From Mobula hypostoma (Eukaryota): a DNA stretch of 64,000 nt. Shown here one piece after another: positions 37,740-51,939 of this stretch (positions are counted from its first letter, which is position 1; each line of letters begins with the position of its first letter). A program made the translations under genes and the position numbers. Below the pieces are notes generated by a model. The model had not been told where the DNA came from. It saw nothing but the letters and a program-made list of their open reading frames with translations, and searched no databases. The DNA lies in NCBI RefSeq assembly GCF_963921235.1, contig NC_086097.1, positions 174,284,001 through 174,348,000 of the forward strand, given 5' to 3'.

Positions 37740-38530
37740 CATGGAGCCAAACAAGTTGTCTGTCTGAGCTAGTCCTATTTGTCTCTGTTTGGCTAGTATC
37801 TCTCTAAACCTTTCCTATCTATATACCTGTTCAAATATCTTCTAAATATTCTAATTGTGCCCACCTCTACAGCTTCCCTTGGGCTCATTTCAGTTACCCA
37901 TCACTCTCTGTATGAAAAACTTGACCCTTAAGTCCTTTTCAAATCTTTTGCCTGTCCTTTAAACTGTTTCCCTCTAGCTTTAGACTCCCCTAATCTGGGG
38001 GAAAAAGCTGTCACTTTATCTGTAGTCCTTATAATTGTATAAACCTATTTAAAGTCATCTCTCAGCCTCCTATGCTCCAAGGATAAAAATAGTCTCTCTT
38101 TATAATTCAGTCCCTTCAGTCACAGTAACATCCTCGTGAATCTTTCCTGCACCTGTTCCACTTTCTTCCTAAGGCTCCGCAACCAGAACTACAAAAATAT
38201 AGTTCAAATGTGGGCTCACCAGTGACTTGTACAGCTGTAGCATGACATCCCAATCTTTGCATTCAGTTCCCTAAGTGACAAATTCAAAGTGTTCTAAATT
38301 ATGAAAGCCAGTGTGTCAAGTACCTTCTTCACTGCCCTGTCTTCCATGGTCTCCACTTTCAGGGAACCATGTCCCTGTCTCTCTATGTATTATGTACTAT
38401 CTGTCTCTGTTCTGCAACACTCTCCAGAGCTTGCCATTTACTGTGCAAGTCCTGCCCTGGTTTAGCCTGCTGAAGACCAACAGCTCATAATAGTCCGAGT
38501 TAAATTCTATCTGCTACTCCTAGGCCCACT
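37740..38530 (-). mobile_element. Degenerate CR1 3' fragment
   Basis: Antisense CR1 signature ctcgtgaatctttcctgcacc...accagaactaca. Confidence 0.7.
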
Positions 38531-39399
38531 TCATCAGAATGGGAAGAACGAACAACTACTCCTTTTGGCACAAATGTAAACACTACACTCTATGGAAAGA
38601 GGCAGTGACATTAAAACTTGCATTGAATTTCAATGAAGTTATTAGGTAAATAAAAATGGTATAAAGACATTAAGTTGTGGGCCTGGATTTAAATTCCAGC
38701 CATGACAATAATCATATTATGCCAGTAACTCTTTGCCATTCAAGCTCTGTAGTCAGCCCGTGGCTTCTCAGCACACGTCTTGATTTGTGTGGACTTTTTC
38801 GTTGACTGTATTGTATTTCTTTGTTCTACTGTGAATGCCTGTAAGAAAATGAATTCCAGGATAGTATATGGTTACATATATATATTTTGATAATAAATGT
38901 ACTTTGAATTTTGAACATAATGGTTTATGCTGATGGGTCTTATTTTTTAGCTGCATTTTAACTCTGTGTCCTGAATGTACCATTATGCTACAAATTGGAA
39001 AAAAAAATTGAAACATAACTAATGTTTTTGTATGTTTATATGTTAATATATTTTGCAACAGAACTGTTATTTCCATTAAAGATATACACTTGTGTAATTT
39101 AATAGATGTGATGACAGAACAAATTGCAAAGCTTGTCCTTTTGTATATTTGGCATGTGGTATAGAATGCTATTGGAGAGATTGGATAAATGGTGGTATAT
39201 TTTGCCTCGCCAATCTGCTTTTGCTCTAAAGCAGACTTTCAGGATTTCTCCACAGGGAGGAAACAACAGAAGCAGTTCCATTCTGAGCTGCTGTCCTACT
39301 GAGAATCACTTTAGGAGACAGATTTTAAAGCAGTTGGAATCATCTAAGCTTTGATGAACACAATATGAGCTGAAATGACAAGACTGCCTAAAATGTTAT

Positions 39400-40300
39400 T
39401 AGGTCCTGAGTAGACGCCTCAGCTTCAATGCCCTACACCTCCATCTTATTGTGTCTGGCATAGTGTTCAGCTGTTCTGCTTCTGTTGTGTTCTCTGGTTC
39501 ATTGAGGCACGGCATACTCCCACACTCTGGACACCGTGCTCCAGTCCAAGGGGCTCTCAGTCCATCTAATGGCAGAATCAAGAAAGGGCAGAGATGGCAT
39601 ATCTGCTTCATGATAAAGTCATCGTGAGCTTGGGTGTAGTGGTCTCCTGACTAGACTATCTGATCGTTTTACTTCCCGAGAGAATTCTCTGCTGTGATCC
39701 CGACCACAGTTTACATACCACAGTTCACACACCGCCAAAGGAAGATGTTACTCTAGTAGCACTCGATGCATGATTAATAAGTGATGCTGTTTACCCTGAT
39801 GCCATTCACATCCATCCTGGGCATTTTAATCAGACTTGCTTGGAGAAATCACTGCCCAGTTACCATCGGCACATCACCTATAGTACCAGAGAACCCAACA
39901 CACTCAGCCACTGCTAAGCTGCCATCAAGAACACATCTCTCAACCACATTTCGGGAAATCTGACCATTTGGCTGCCTTCCTCTGAGCTGCATGAAGGCAG
40001 AGGCTAAATAGCAAAACACCGGAGGTAAGGATAATGGTTATGGAGAACAGAGGACTGGCTTTTGAAGTGCTTTGAGTTGGTGGACTGGGCCACCGACTCA
40101 TCAGTGGACCTGAATGAATATGCCACAATTGCTGTGGACTATTGTGGACACTTGTGGATGACTATGTCCCCCTAAAATCATTTAGATTCTTCCCCAACCA
40201 GGAGCTCTGGATGAATCAAGAGATTCACAATCCACTGAGGGCTAGGTGGGTGCTGTTCAGAACTTGTGATCCAGTTAAGTACAAGAGGTCCAGGTATCAA
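39400..40300 (+). mobile_element. Degenerate Rex1/Babar EN-region fragment
   Basis: LVDDYVPLKSFRFFPNQELWMN, similar to FPNQKPW; an LPREFS-like remnant near 39670. Confidence 0.7.
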
Positions 40301-41654
40301 TTTCTACTGATGGTAAGAGGAGGACTATTTCTAGTACAGTTGTGTAAGAAACTCATGCTGTTAAATTTATATTGAGATTTTTATTAGTCACCTGAAGTAG
40401 CAGATAAAAGCATAAGGGACTTTTGAGAGTAAAACATCCCCTCAATACACTGTTTTATCATATTAAATTAGTTCCAGTCCTGGAATTGGGCTTGAGCCAA
40501 AATCTCCTTAATCAAGCTTATGAACATGTGGAAATGAAGTAAAGAAGGCAAAAAAAAACAGCTAGACTATCATGCCTGCCTATTGTCATGGTACGACTTA
40601 TATATATGATCAATCCCATCTGTTTGTCCCACCCACTAACTCTGCAATTGTCTAGCGAAAGGGAAATGAAAAATAGCTGCTTTTTTGTAAAGTAAATTAG
40701 TGAGGGATCTCATCTCTGACCTCCTGAAAGTGATCAAATAAATCCTACGATATAGTGCCTGTGAGACACATCCAGCTACCCTTTACTTGCCCATATGCAA
40801 GAAAATCCCTAGCTCACAATTAAAATACAGTGTGAGTCTTTGGAAGATGCTTTTTTAGATCACTTGAATCTTCTGGAAGTTACCCAGTTAAGGCTGTATG
40901 GCAATGATGCTATACCAATATGTTGAACTACTAATTGGCTTCTGAACTGGCCTCTCAAGTTACTGTTGTTTCAAACTGGGGACTAGTTATAAATTCTGTT
41001 CTTGGAAAAAAAACACAATGAGATGTTTGCTAAGTTGAGAAAAAAAAGAGCATTTCACCGGTACAACATGATTTCATTGATTGATGAATCTAACAACTTT
41101 GAGAACCATACAACAATAGATATTCTGTAAAATGTAATGGGCCTTTTGATAGATTAAGTTGGCAGTTAAAACATGCATACCAGAAGGATTATTATGTCAA
41201 AGCAAGGATATTTCAAATTTGGAAAAGCAGTTAAGCCTACATAGCAGATTCAGAGGCCTTTGGGAAAAGTAAGTTGCTCTTGATGCTGTGAAGTTTAATA
41301 ATCTTCTGATGGCAGATGTGATTGGGAGAAAAAGAATCTTTGGTGTTAATTAAACCAACTTTTCCACTTTTAGAAATAATGATGTGTTCTTTGTTTTTCC
41401 TAATACAAATACCAACTTCTGTTTCTGCTTAGTGAATTTTATGTTAGTATTTCTCCTGTCTGATTATTAGGTATAAGGCTATTCAGAGCTCATTTATAAT
41501 AATACTCGTTTTACACTTCTTAATTGTTTTGATGGCTAGCCAGTAAAGAGCGAAGAATATTACTCTGACTCTGAGTACTGTATTAAGAAATAAAATGAGC
41601 GTATTATTAAAACTGATAACTGATGCCTACAAGTTGGGGTTGACCTCTTTGCTG

Positions 41655-42740
41655 ATGGGCTCTTTGATAAGGTTCTTCATGCAAGGCTCATTCAGAAAGT
41701 AAAGAGGCATGGGATCCAAGGAGACCTTGTTTTGTGAGTCCAGAATTGGCTTGCCAAAGAAGGCAAAGGGTGGTTATAGATGGTTCGTATTCTGCATGGA
41801 GGTTGGTGACCAGTGGTGTTCCGCAGGGATCTGTTCTGGGACCGCCTACTCTTTGTGATTTTTATAAATGACCTGGATGAAGAAGTAGAAGCATGGGTTA
41901 GTAAGTTTGCTGATGACACAAAAAGGTTGTGGGTGTTGTGGATAGTATGGAGGGCTGTCAGAGGTTACAGCGGGACATAGATAGGATGCAAAACTGGGCT
42001 GAGAAGTGGCAGATGGTGTACAACCCAGATAAATGTGAAGTGGTTCAAATTTGAAGACAGAACACAGTATTAATGGCAAGAGTCTTGACAGTGTGGATGC
42101 TCAGCAAGATATTGGGGTCCGTGTCCATAGGACACTCAAAGCTGCTGCACAGGTTGACATGTTGTTAAGAAGGCTTATGGGATTACGTTCAAGAGCCTTG
42201 AAGTAATGTTACAGCAAGACAAGACCTTGGTCGGAACCCACTTGGAGGACTGTGTTCATTTCTGGTCACCTCACTACAGGAAGGATGTGGATTCTGGAGA
42301 GACAGTGCAGAGGAGATTTGCAAGGATGTTGCCTGGATTGGAGAGGGTGCCTTATGAGAATAGGTTGAGTGAACTTGACTTTTTCTCCTTGGAGCGACAG
42401 AGGTGACCAAATAGAGGTGTCTAAGATGAGGAGAGATATTGATTGTGTCGATAGCCAGAGGCTTTTTCCCAGGGCAGAAATGGCTAACACAAGGAGGCAT
42501 AGTTTTAAGGTGTTTGGAAGTAGGTTACAGAGGGGATGTCAGAGGTAAGTTTTACATACAAAGAGTGGTGGGTGCGTGGAACGCACTGCTGGCTATGGTG
42601 GTGGAGGTGGATACAATAGGGTCTTTTAAGAGACTCTTAGATACGTACATGGAGCTTAGAAAAGTAGTGGGCTATGCGGTATGATAATTCTAGGCAGTTT
42701 CTAGAGTAGGTTACCATGTGCTGTAGATTTCTATGTTCTA
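41655..42740 (+). mobile_element. CR1 RT and 3' end, 5'-truncated
   Basis: FDKV.H, VTSGVPQGSVLGP, FINDLD, SKFADDTK and HLEDCVHFWSP; tail atttctatgttcta. Confidence 0.9.
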
Positions 42741-43734
42741 ATGCACAAATGGGTGATTTGCAGAATAGAAAATGGTTTATAAAAGTCAATTCATGAAATA
42801 AGATGATTTTCGTCCTCAATCATGTGGAATAATTTTATCTGGGAGTTTCCCAAACAGTAACTGTTTGCATACCTCACAGCTGTCATGTCACTGCTGCATT
42901 GATAGATGGGCAGTAAGTCAGAAATGAACACACTACATCAACAGCCATCGTGCTGCAGTTACCAGTGAATGAGGGAAAACCCAGGGAACGGAGTACATGA
43001 CGATGTCCTATCTGTCTGAATACCAACCACAACCTCCACCCACCATTCTAACTTAAGTATTTCTTGAAAAAACAACTTGGCCAGAGCTATCATGCAGTGT
43101 AGCATCTTGCACTGAGGTTCATAATATCGAAGTTCAACAACCTTTGTCAATGTTGCCTGTGTTTAAAAATACAGTACCAAAAAAAGTCTGCCAGAGGATG
43201 TTGGTAAAACATTGGTGTAGTGGTGAGGATTCTTCAATTTGCTTTCCTTTGTTGACTTTTTCTTTTTGCCTTACTGTGAGGGAAAACACAGATCATATAT
43301 CACACCTTTTCCTGTCTACTTGTATTGGCAAGTGACCACTGTGCACTGGATGATGTCATTAAATATGTGTTTGACCATAGGCAAATATCATAACAAGTGC
43401 TGAGGTGAATCATACCCAGAAGTATCTGTTTGATTATCTAGATGATTGCTAATAAACGTGGCAATTTTATAAATGCGATTTAACAGATATAGAACACAAA
43501 ACATTACAGCACAGTACAGGCCATAGAGCCCATGATGTTGTGTCAGCCTTGTAACTTACTCTTAACCCTTCCCTTCCACAATAGCCCTCTGTTTTTCTAT
43601 CATGCATGTCTTTGTTTATGAGCCTCTTAAATGTATCTATCTCTGCCACTACCTCTGGCAATGTGTTCCATGTAACCACGACACTGTGTAAAACAAAGCA
43701 GTTTACCTCTGACATCCCCTTATCTTGTTCCTCC

Positions 43735-43876
43735 TGTCACGAACCCTGTGACGGGTTGAAAAGAACCAGCAGAAATGGAACACACCTGGAGTCTGATTTA
43801 CTATAAATTAAGACCATATTTATTACTACTACGAATTAATATCATTAAACCGAATAATACAATACAGGTTATAAAC

Positions 43877-43911
<35 letters not shown>

Positions 43912-44565
43912 GCGTGTGTGTGTGCGTGCATGTGTGTGTATATATATCCATAAATGTGTGTGTGGATACAAAAAAAAATAATAGTCTAGGAGCTAGATAT
44001 CAGTCTTACGGTGTCAGGTAAGTTTAAGCAGTTCAGTTCACTTTGTGTTGCGTCGAGTTGAGTTGATGGGGAGAGAGAGAGGTAATTGAGTCGATGTTCA
44101 AGTTGGCAGCTTTAGTTGTTCTTGCTTCCGAAGTCTTCAGAGTCACTTCGTGTGACCTCCACACAGACACAAATAGACAGAGCCCCTTCTCGGGAATGGT
44201 CTACTAACCCACGGCACGGGTTCACCACCAACAGACCCCCACAGGCAAGCTCTTACCCGCACTGGTAATCACAGGTGGAAATTAATCGGTCCGTCGCCTC
44301 CACCCTTGTGGTGGTCTACCAGTGGTTTCGCAGGTAGCTTCCGCAGTTCCCTCGTGTCGTGTCTCCTCTGCCCTTATCAGACCGAAGGATCAACTTTATA
44401 TAATCCATCCAAAATTCCAGCGTCCGTTAGCTCAACCACTTTGAGCTGTTACCATGGTGACTTCCCAGCTCGTGTCTCAGCTCGCACTGTATTCTCTCTC
44501 TCTTTTAATTGCCTCCTTGTTTATTAGACTGCTGAACTTTCTGGCAGTTGCTCACCCGCGTGACA
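43735..44565 (-). mobile_element. Solo LTR (Gypsy-like), 831 bp
   Basis: TGTCACG...CGTGACA termini and a 4-bp flanking duplication ctcc/ttcc (one mismatch). TATA-like (about 44395) and AATAAA (about 43818) signals on the minus strand suggest the orientation. Confidence 0.75.
43885..43947. repeat. Compound (TA)n/(TG)n microsatellite
   Basis: tatatata...tgcgtgtgtgtgtgcgtgcatgtgtgtgtatatatat. Confidence 0.95.
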
Positions 44566-45762
44566 TTCCTATCACATTAAAATTATGCCTCCTCGTGTTA
44601 GCCATTTTTGTCCTGGTAAAAGTCTCTGGCTATCCATTCAATCTATGCCTCCTATCATCTTGTATCAAGTTACCTCTCATCCTCCTATGCTCCAAAGTGA
44701 AAAGCCCTGGCTCGCTCAACCTATCCTCATAAGACATGCCCTCCAATCCTGACAGCGTTCTGGTAAATTTCCTCTGTACCATCTCTAAAGTTTCCACATA
44801 CCTTCCTATATTGAGGTGACCAGATCTGGACACAATATTCCAAATGTCTGATTTTTTATAGAATTGCAACATTACCACATGGTTCTTGAACTTAATGCCC
44901 CATATAATGAAGGGCGATACACCATATGCCTTCTAAGCAACCTTATCAATTTGTGCAGCAACTTTGAGGGATCTATGGATGTGGACCCCAAGATCCCTCT
45001 GTTCCTCTGCACTTTTAAGAATCCTGTCATCCTGTATTTTGCCTTCAAATTTGACCTTTTAAATGTATCACTTTGTACTTTTCTGGATTGAATCCCATCT
45101 CCCACTTCTGAGCATGTCTTTGGCATCCTGTTAATGTCCTGTTGTAACCCAAAACAACCTTCTGCACTAACCACAGCACCATCATGTCATGTGCATCAAT
45201 GGAGTCTTTATATGCAAATTTAAGTTTTAAATGGGGAACATATGACTGTTTCTTGGTGGTGTTGTCCTCAGAGTCATAAAGTCACACGGCATGGAAACAG
45301 GCCCTTCAGTCCACTCATCCACGCTGACTGATTGTAAAGTGAGCTCGTCCCACCTGCCACTGTTTGGCCCTTAGCCATCCAGACCTTTCCTACCTATGTA
45401 TGTTCTTATGTAGGTGGCTTTTAAATGTTACAAATGTTCCCTCAACCACATGTTCTGGCAGCTCATTCCAAATATGCACCAACCGTTGCATATGACATTC
45501 AAAGTGGACATATAGCAAGGTGCAAAAGTGAGGAGTATAAGTAATTCTGGCACATTTTTGAAACTGAGACCAAAAAGACCTTGTACAAAGAGACAAAGGT
45601 AATATTTTTGCTGTACTTTACAACATTTATCTGCATGGTGAAAAATTTTTTGATTTGGACGATCAAATTTAATTCTAACTCAACAGAGTTCTTTTTTTGA
45701 CTTCTATTGGTCTTTCCTCACCCTCGTGTTATTTATTTTTTCTTGTGCACTTGGTCTTTTAA

Positions 45763-46285
45763 TTAGATTAGATTAGATTCAACTTTATTGTCATTGTGCC
45801 GAGTACAGATACAAGGCCATTGAACTGCAGTTAGCATCTTACCAGAAATGCAAAGAATAGTGTTATTTACAAAATAACTGCGAATAAAAAGTAAGTGCTA
45901 CAGCACACAAATATAAAAGTACTGAGACAGTACAATATGGGTGCAATGTTGCTTAGTGCTGTGATGTGAGGTTCAGCAGGGTCACAGCCTCGGAAGAAAC
46001 TCTTCCTGTGCCTGCTGGTACGGGAGCGGAGGCTCCTGTAGCGCTTACCGGATGGGAGGAGAATAAAAAGTCCATGGTTAGGGTGAGATGCTCTTCGCCT
46101 TGCACAGGCAGCGTTTATGGTAGATGTTCTCAATGGTGGGCAATTGGGTGCTGATAATCTGCTGGGCAGTTTTCACCACACGCTGGAGTGCTTTGCAGTC
46201 CGATACGGGACAATTGCCGTACCACACTGAGATGCAGTTGGTGAGTATGCTCTCAACGGTACAGGGGTAAAAGTCCGTCAGTACC
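45763..46285 (-). mobile_element. Rex1/Babar 3' fragment with (TCTAA)n tail
   Basis: HPNHGLFILLPSGKRYRSLRSRTSRHRKSFF; ttagattagattagatt at 45763. Confidence 0.88.
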
Positions 46286-46319
46286 TAGGGGCAATGCTTA
46301 CCACAGCTCATGAAGAAAC

Positions 46320-49300
46320 AAAGAACAGTACAGCAAAGAACAGGTCCTTTAGCCAACAGTGTCTGTGCCTGCCACAATATCAAATTGAACTAATCCCATC
46401 TGCCTAAATATGGTCTCCCCATTCCCTGCCTGTAAGCCCAAATGCCTTTTAAACATTTCTGTTGTATCTGTTTCCACCACCTTTCCTGGCAATGTTATGA
46501 TAGTCATGGGAGATTTCAACATGCAGGTCAATTGGGAAAATCACGTTGGATCTCAAGAGAGTGATTTTGTTGAATGCCTACATGATGGCAGTTTGTCATT
46601 GAGCCTACTAGGGCATCAGCTGAACTGGATTGGGTGTTATGTAATGAACCAGAGGTGATTAGGGAGCTTAGCATAAAAGAACCCCTAGGAGGCGGTGACT
46701 TCAACTTGAAATTTGATAGGTGAAAAGTAAACTCTGACATAGCAGTATTTCAGTGGCTTAAAGGAAATTACAGTGTTATGAAAGAGGAGTTGGCCAAAGT
46801 AAATTGGAAGGAGATGCTGGCAGGGAATGCAGCAGAGCAGCAATGGCGTGAGTTTCTGGGGAAAATGAGGAAGGTGCAGGATAGATATATTCCAAAAACA
46901 ATGTAATACTCACGTGGCAAAATAATAAAACAGTGGCTGACAAGGGAAGTCAAAGCTAATGTAAATATAAAAGAGAGGGCATACAACAAGGCAAAAATTA
47001 GTGGCAAGACAGAGGATTGGGAAGCTTTTAAAACCCTATAGAGAGCAACTAAAAGAATCATTTGGAGGGAAAAGATGAAATATGAAAGCAAGCTAGCAAA
47101 CCATATCAAAGTGGATAGTAAAAGTTTTTTCAAGTATGTAAAAATAAAAGAGAGATGAGCGTGGATATAGGACCACTAGAAAATAAGGCCAGAGAGATAA
47201 TAACGGGGGACAAGGAGATAGCAGATGAACTAAGTGAGTATTTGACATCAGTCTTCACTGTGGAAGACACTAACAATGTACTAGATGTTTAAGGGTGTGA
47301 AGGAAGAGAAGTGAGTGCAGTTACCATTACAAGAGAGAAGGTGCTCAAAAAGCTGAAAGACCTAAAGATGTATAAGTCACCCGGACCAGATGAACTGCAC
47401 CTTAGGGTTCTGAAAGAAATAGCAGTAGAGATTGTGGAGGCATTAATAATAATCTTTCAAAAATCATTGGACTCTGGCTTGGTGCCAGAGAACTGGAAAA
47501 GTGCAAATGTCCAACCACTCTTTAAGAAAGGAGGAGTGCAGCAGAAAGGAAATTATAGACCAGTTAGCTTGGCCTCAGTGGTTAGGACATGTAGGAGTCA
47601 GTTGTTAAGGATGAGTTAAGGTGTACCTGGAGACACAAGTACAAGATAGGACAAAGTCAGCATGATTTCCTTAAGTGAAAATCTTGCCTGATGAACCTGT
47701 TGGAATTCTTTGAGGAGATTACAAATAGGATAGATAAAGGGGATGCAGTGGATGTTGTATATTTGGACTTTCAGAAGGCCTTTGACAAGGTGCCGCACAT
47801 GAAGCTGCTTACCAAGTTAAGAGCCCATTGTATTACAAGAAAGTTAGTGGCATGGTTAGAGAATCGGCTGATTGGTAGGAGGCAGCGAGTGGAAATAAAA
47901 AGATCCTTTTCTGGTTGGCTGCCAGTAACTAGTGGTGTTTTGTAGGGGTTGGTGTTGGCGCTGCACTTTCTATGCTGTATATCAATGATTTGAATGATGG
48001 AATAGATGGCTGTGTTGCCAAGTTTGCAGATGATATGAAAATAAGTGGAGGGGCAGGTAGTGTTGAGGAAACAGGAAGGCTGCAGGAGGACTTAGACAGA
48101 TTAGAAGAATGCGCAAGAGAGTGGCAAATGAAATACAATGTTGGAAAGTGCATGGTCATGCACTTCAGTAGAAGAAATAAATGTGCAGACTATTTTCTAA
48201 CTGGGGAGAAAAACCAAAAATCTGAGATGCAGAGGGACTTGGGTGACCTTGTGCAGAACACCCTAAAGGTCAACTCGCAGGTAGAGTCAGTGGTGAGGAA
48301 GGCAAGTGCAATGTTAGCATTCATTTCATTAAGTCTAGAGTACTAGAGCAGGGATGTGATGCTGAGGCTTTATAAGGCACTGGTGAGGCTTCACCTTGAA
48401 TATTGTGAATAGTTTTGGGCTCCTCATCTAAGAAATGATGAGCTCGCATTGGAGAAGTTTCTGAAGAGGTTCACAAGGATGATTCTGGGAATGAAAGGGT
48501 TATCATATGAGGAATGTTTGATAACTCTGGGTCTGTACTCATTGGGATTTAGAAGGATGAGGTGGGATCTCATTGAAACCTTTCGGATGTTGAGAGGCCA
48601 AGACAGAGTAAATGTAGAAAGGATGTTTCCCATGGTGGGGGAGTCTAGGACAAGAGGGCACAGCCTCGGGATAGAGGGCTGTCTGTTTACTACAGAGATG
48701 CAGAGAACTTTCTTTAGCCAGAGGGTGGTGAATTTGTGGAACTTATTACCACAGGCAGCTGTGGAGGCCAGGACATTGGGTGTGTTTAAGGAAGAGCTTG
48801 ATGGGTTCTTGATTGGACATGGCATCAAAGGTTACTGGGAGAAGGCTGAGGAGTGGGGCTGAGGAGGGGGAAAAGGATCAGCCAGGACTGAATGGCAGAG
48901 CAGACTTGATGGGCCAACTGGACTAATTCTGCTCCTATGTCTTATGTCTTATGTCTTATGTTAATGTCAATGTGTTCCAAGCACCTACCACACTTAGTGT
49001 AACAAGAAATGTCCTGAATGTCTCCTATAAACTTTCCCTCTCTCACCTTAAAGTTGTGCCCTTTAGAATTTGACATTTCCATCCTGGGAAAATGAATCAT
49101 TATATGTACCTATGTAAGCCTCTCATAATGTTATATACCTCCGTCAGGTTTTCCTTTAGCTTCTGAAGCTCCAGAGGAAACAGTCCAAGTTTGTTCAACT
49201 TCTCTTGATACTCTCTAATCCAGGCACCATCCTGGTGAACCTTTTATGTACCCTTTCTAAAACTTCCACATCTTTCCTGTAATGTAGTAACCAGAACTGA

Positions 49301-49580
49301 ATACAGTGTTACAGATGTAGCCTAACCAAAGTTCTATACAACTGCAATATAACTTTCCAACTTTTATACTCAGTGCTCCAGCTGACAAAGTTAAGCATGC
49401 TGTACATCTTCTTTACCATTTTATACATTTGCGTTGTCATTTCATGGAGCTTTGGACTTGCATTCCAAGATCCATCTGTGCATCCATGTGCCAAAAATTT
49501 CTGCTATTTACCTCTTACATTTTCCTCTTACTTTTGACCTCCCAGATTCCATCACCTTAATCTATCCTGGATTAATTCTC
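46320..49580 (-). mobile_element. Older antisense CR1 3' portion, host of the 46496-48967 insertion
   Basis: ccaccacctttcctggcaatgt continues as caatgtgttccaagcacctacc after the insert; minus-strand EYKSWKVILQLYRTLVRLHL. Confidence 0.75.
46496..48967 (+). mobile_element. CR1 LINE ORF2 pseudogene (EN C-terminus, RT, 3'UTR)
   Basis: VMGDFN, KSPGPDELH, GNYRPVSL, VYLDFQKAFDKVPH and AKFADD; (TCTTATG)n tail; probable TSD CAATGT at 46490-46495 and 48968-48973. Confidence 0.93.
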
Positions 49581-49829
49581 CATGACAGTAATAATTTCCT
49601 GAAAATAGGTAGAAATTGCTTGGCATAGAACTAAGAGTGATGGGAAATGATATAGCAGGTTAACACGTAATTACATGTGGCAAGTAAAACAATAGAATAA
49701 AGTACCACACACATATAACTTCTTATCTACTTTGTCTATATTCTGTGTTATAAGTTGATTTTAAAAGCAGCCTTATCATTTTATCTTTGAACATTGACTT
49801 TCAGTGATTAAAATATACCTCCTACATTC

Positions 49830-51245
49830 TCATCTGTAATTTATATAAATTGTACACAGGAAGAGTCCAGCACTAGTCCCTATAGTGCAACACTTTTTAC
49901 AGCCTTCCAGTCAGAAAAACACCTATTTACCATAACCCTCTGCTTACTACCCAGCCAATTTTGTATCAGTTTGCCAACATATCTCCAATCCCCTATGTCC
50001 TAACCTTTTGGATTATCCTATCATGCAGTATCTAGTTAAAAGTCATGCTGAAAACCATGTCTATGGTTATGGCTTCATTAATTTTTCAAGTCCCCTAATC
50101 AAAAACTCAGTTGAATTTCTGAGACATGATCTCTTGAACAAATCTATACTGACTTCTCCTAATCATTGTGTGCCTTTCCAAGTGAACGTACATCTTGTCT
50201 GTCAGAATCTTCTTTGGCCAATTCACCACCACTGAAGTAAAGTTCACCAGTCTTTAGTTTCCAGGCTTATTCCAACTGCCCTTTTTGAATAAGAAGCGTT
50301 AGCTGTCCTCCAGACATCTGGTACCTTACGTGTGGCTAACAAAGATGTAAAGAGCCAGCAATCTCCTCCCTTGCTTCATTTGGCATCTCAATGTGCTCAA
50401 ATTTGTCTATCACTTCTTCCTTCCCAAGAAGCACTTCTTCCCAGATATGCTGCAGAAGATCAGCCTATATTTCCTTAACTTTTCAGCTTCCATGTTCTTT
50501 CTCCCTGGTAAATACCAATGAGAAGTATTTGTTTTGGTTCTGAATCCTATCCCTTGGCTTACCTTTTGGGTCTCTGAGCTAAATAGATTACATTTTGGAT
50601 CTCTGAAGCAATCTATTCATAGCTAAGTGACAGCATGCCCATAGTTCCTTGAAAATGGCAAAACAATGGGTAGGATAGTAAAAGAGGCATTTATTATGCT
50701 TGTCTTCATAGGCTGAAGCATAAGAATTTAGATGTCATGTTACGGTTTTACAGAACAGTGGTTAGATTGCACTTGAAGTATTTTGTGAAGTTCTGATCAT
50801 TACACTACAGCAAGGATGAGATACCAATAGGGATTATAGAAAAAATTCACCAGCATGGAGGGCGTGAGTTTATAAGGAGAGAGTAGATGGTATGGGTTTA
50901 TCTTCATTGGGATGTAGCAGGATGATCTTAATGGAGATTTATAAAATAATGAGGATAGAAAATTTTTCCCAGGGCAAGGGGGTTGCGTCTCAAATTAAAG
51001 GGCACATGTTTAAGGTGAGAAGGGAGAGTTTAATAGAGATAATAGGGTTAGGTTTTTCCATATACTGCAGTTAATGAAGCAAGCTGGCAGAGGCAGTGGA
51101 GGCAAACACAATTATGAAGTTTTAAAGGTGTTTAGAAGGTTGTTGAAGGATGTAGATGTAATGCAGGGAAATGGGATTAATGTAGATGAGAATCATGGTC
51201 AACATGGATGAGGTTGGCCAAAAAGAACATTTTCTATCCTGTATG
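49830..51245. mobile_element. Degenerate CR1 fragments (minus strand about 49830-50480, plus strand about 50600-51245)
   Basis: Remnants of RT (minus) and of the C-terminus, RLHL.Y.V.F (plus). Confidence 0.6.
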
Positions 51246-51939
51246 TTGCTAAAATACTGCAAAATAGAGTAATCAGAGATGTAACAACATCAAACCCCTG
51301 ATCACCTCTAATTTTTCCCCACACACAAATGCACCATCTTACTTATGTGCATGTGATGTGGACAGAGCAATAAATTAAATTTTCAAATTAAGAATTGAAT
51401 AAATGTGGGTTCAAAAGTCATAACATAAAATATTAAGCTACTTTACACCAAATAAACAAACAGGACATTTGAGGTCAAGTTCGCAGCTTGTTTGATACAA
51501 TTTTTTCACATAAATTTATTGTATTTGTTACATGACTTCATATAATTTAATTATTCATTACTTAATCAAAATTTTATTTCCCCTTGTCTTATACCTTGTA
51601 ACCCTTTCAAAAGCTCTTTGTTGTCTCTTGAACCCACAAATTATCTCTTCATACCCTGTTTCTGGTTTATGTTTGCTCATAGACAAGTTGTTTTGAAGAC
51701 TTGATCAATAAATGTGAAATTGACAAGGCAGATTAGTTCAAAAGCAAATACCTGGAAATCTGAATTTAAAAAAAACATTAAATGCTAGGGATATTCAGCA
51801 TGTCAGGCAGTACTTAGAGACAGAAACAAAGTTTATATTTCAAGTTCATGGTCTTCCATTAAGATTCACAAGAACAATCTAATTCATGCTTAGCACATGA
51901 CTAAGTGACCAAATTCAGGTCATTGATCAGTTCAGAGAT

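Larger units (their letters stand above)
43490..45185 (-). mobile_element. CR1 3' portion interrupted by a solo LTR
   Basis: Minus-strand LEMVQRKFTRTLSGLEGMSYEDRL; 3'UTR and tail at about 43490. Confidence 0.8.
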
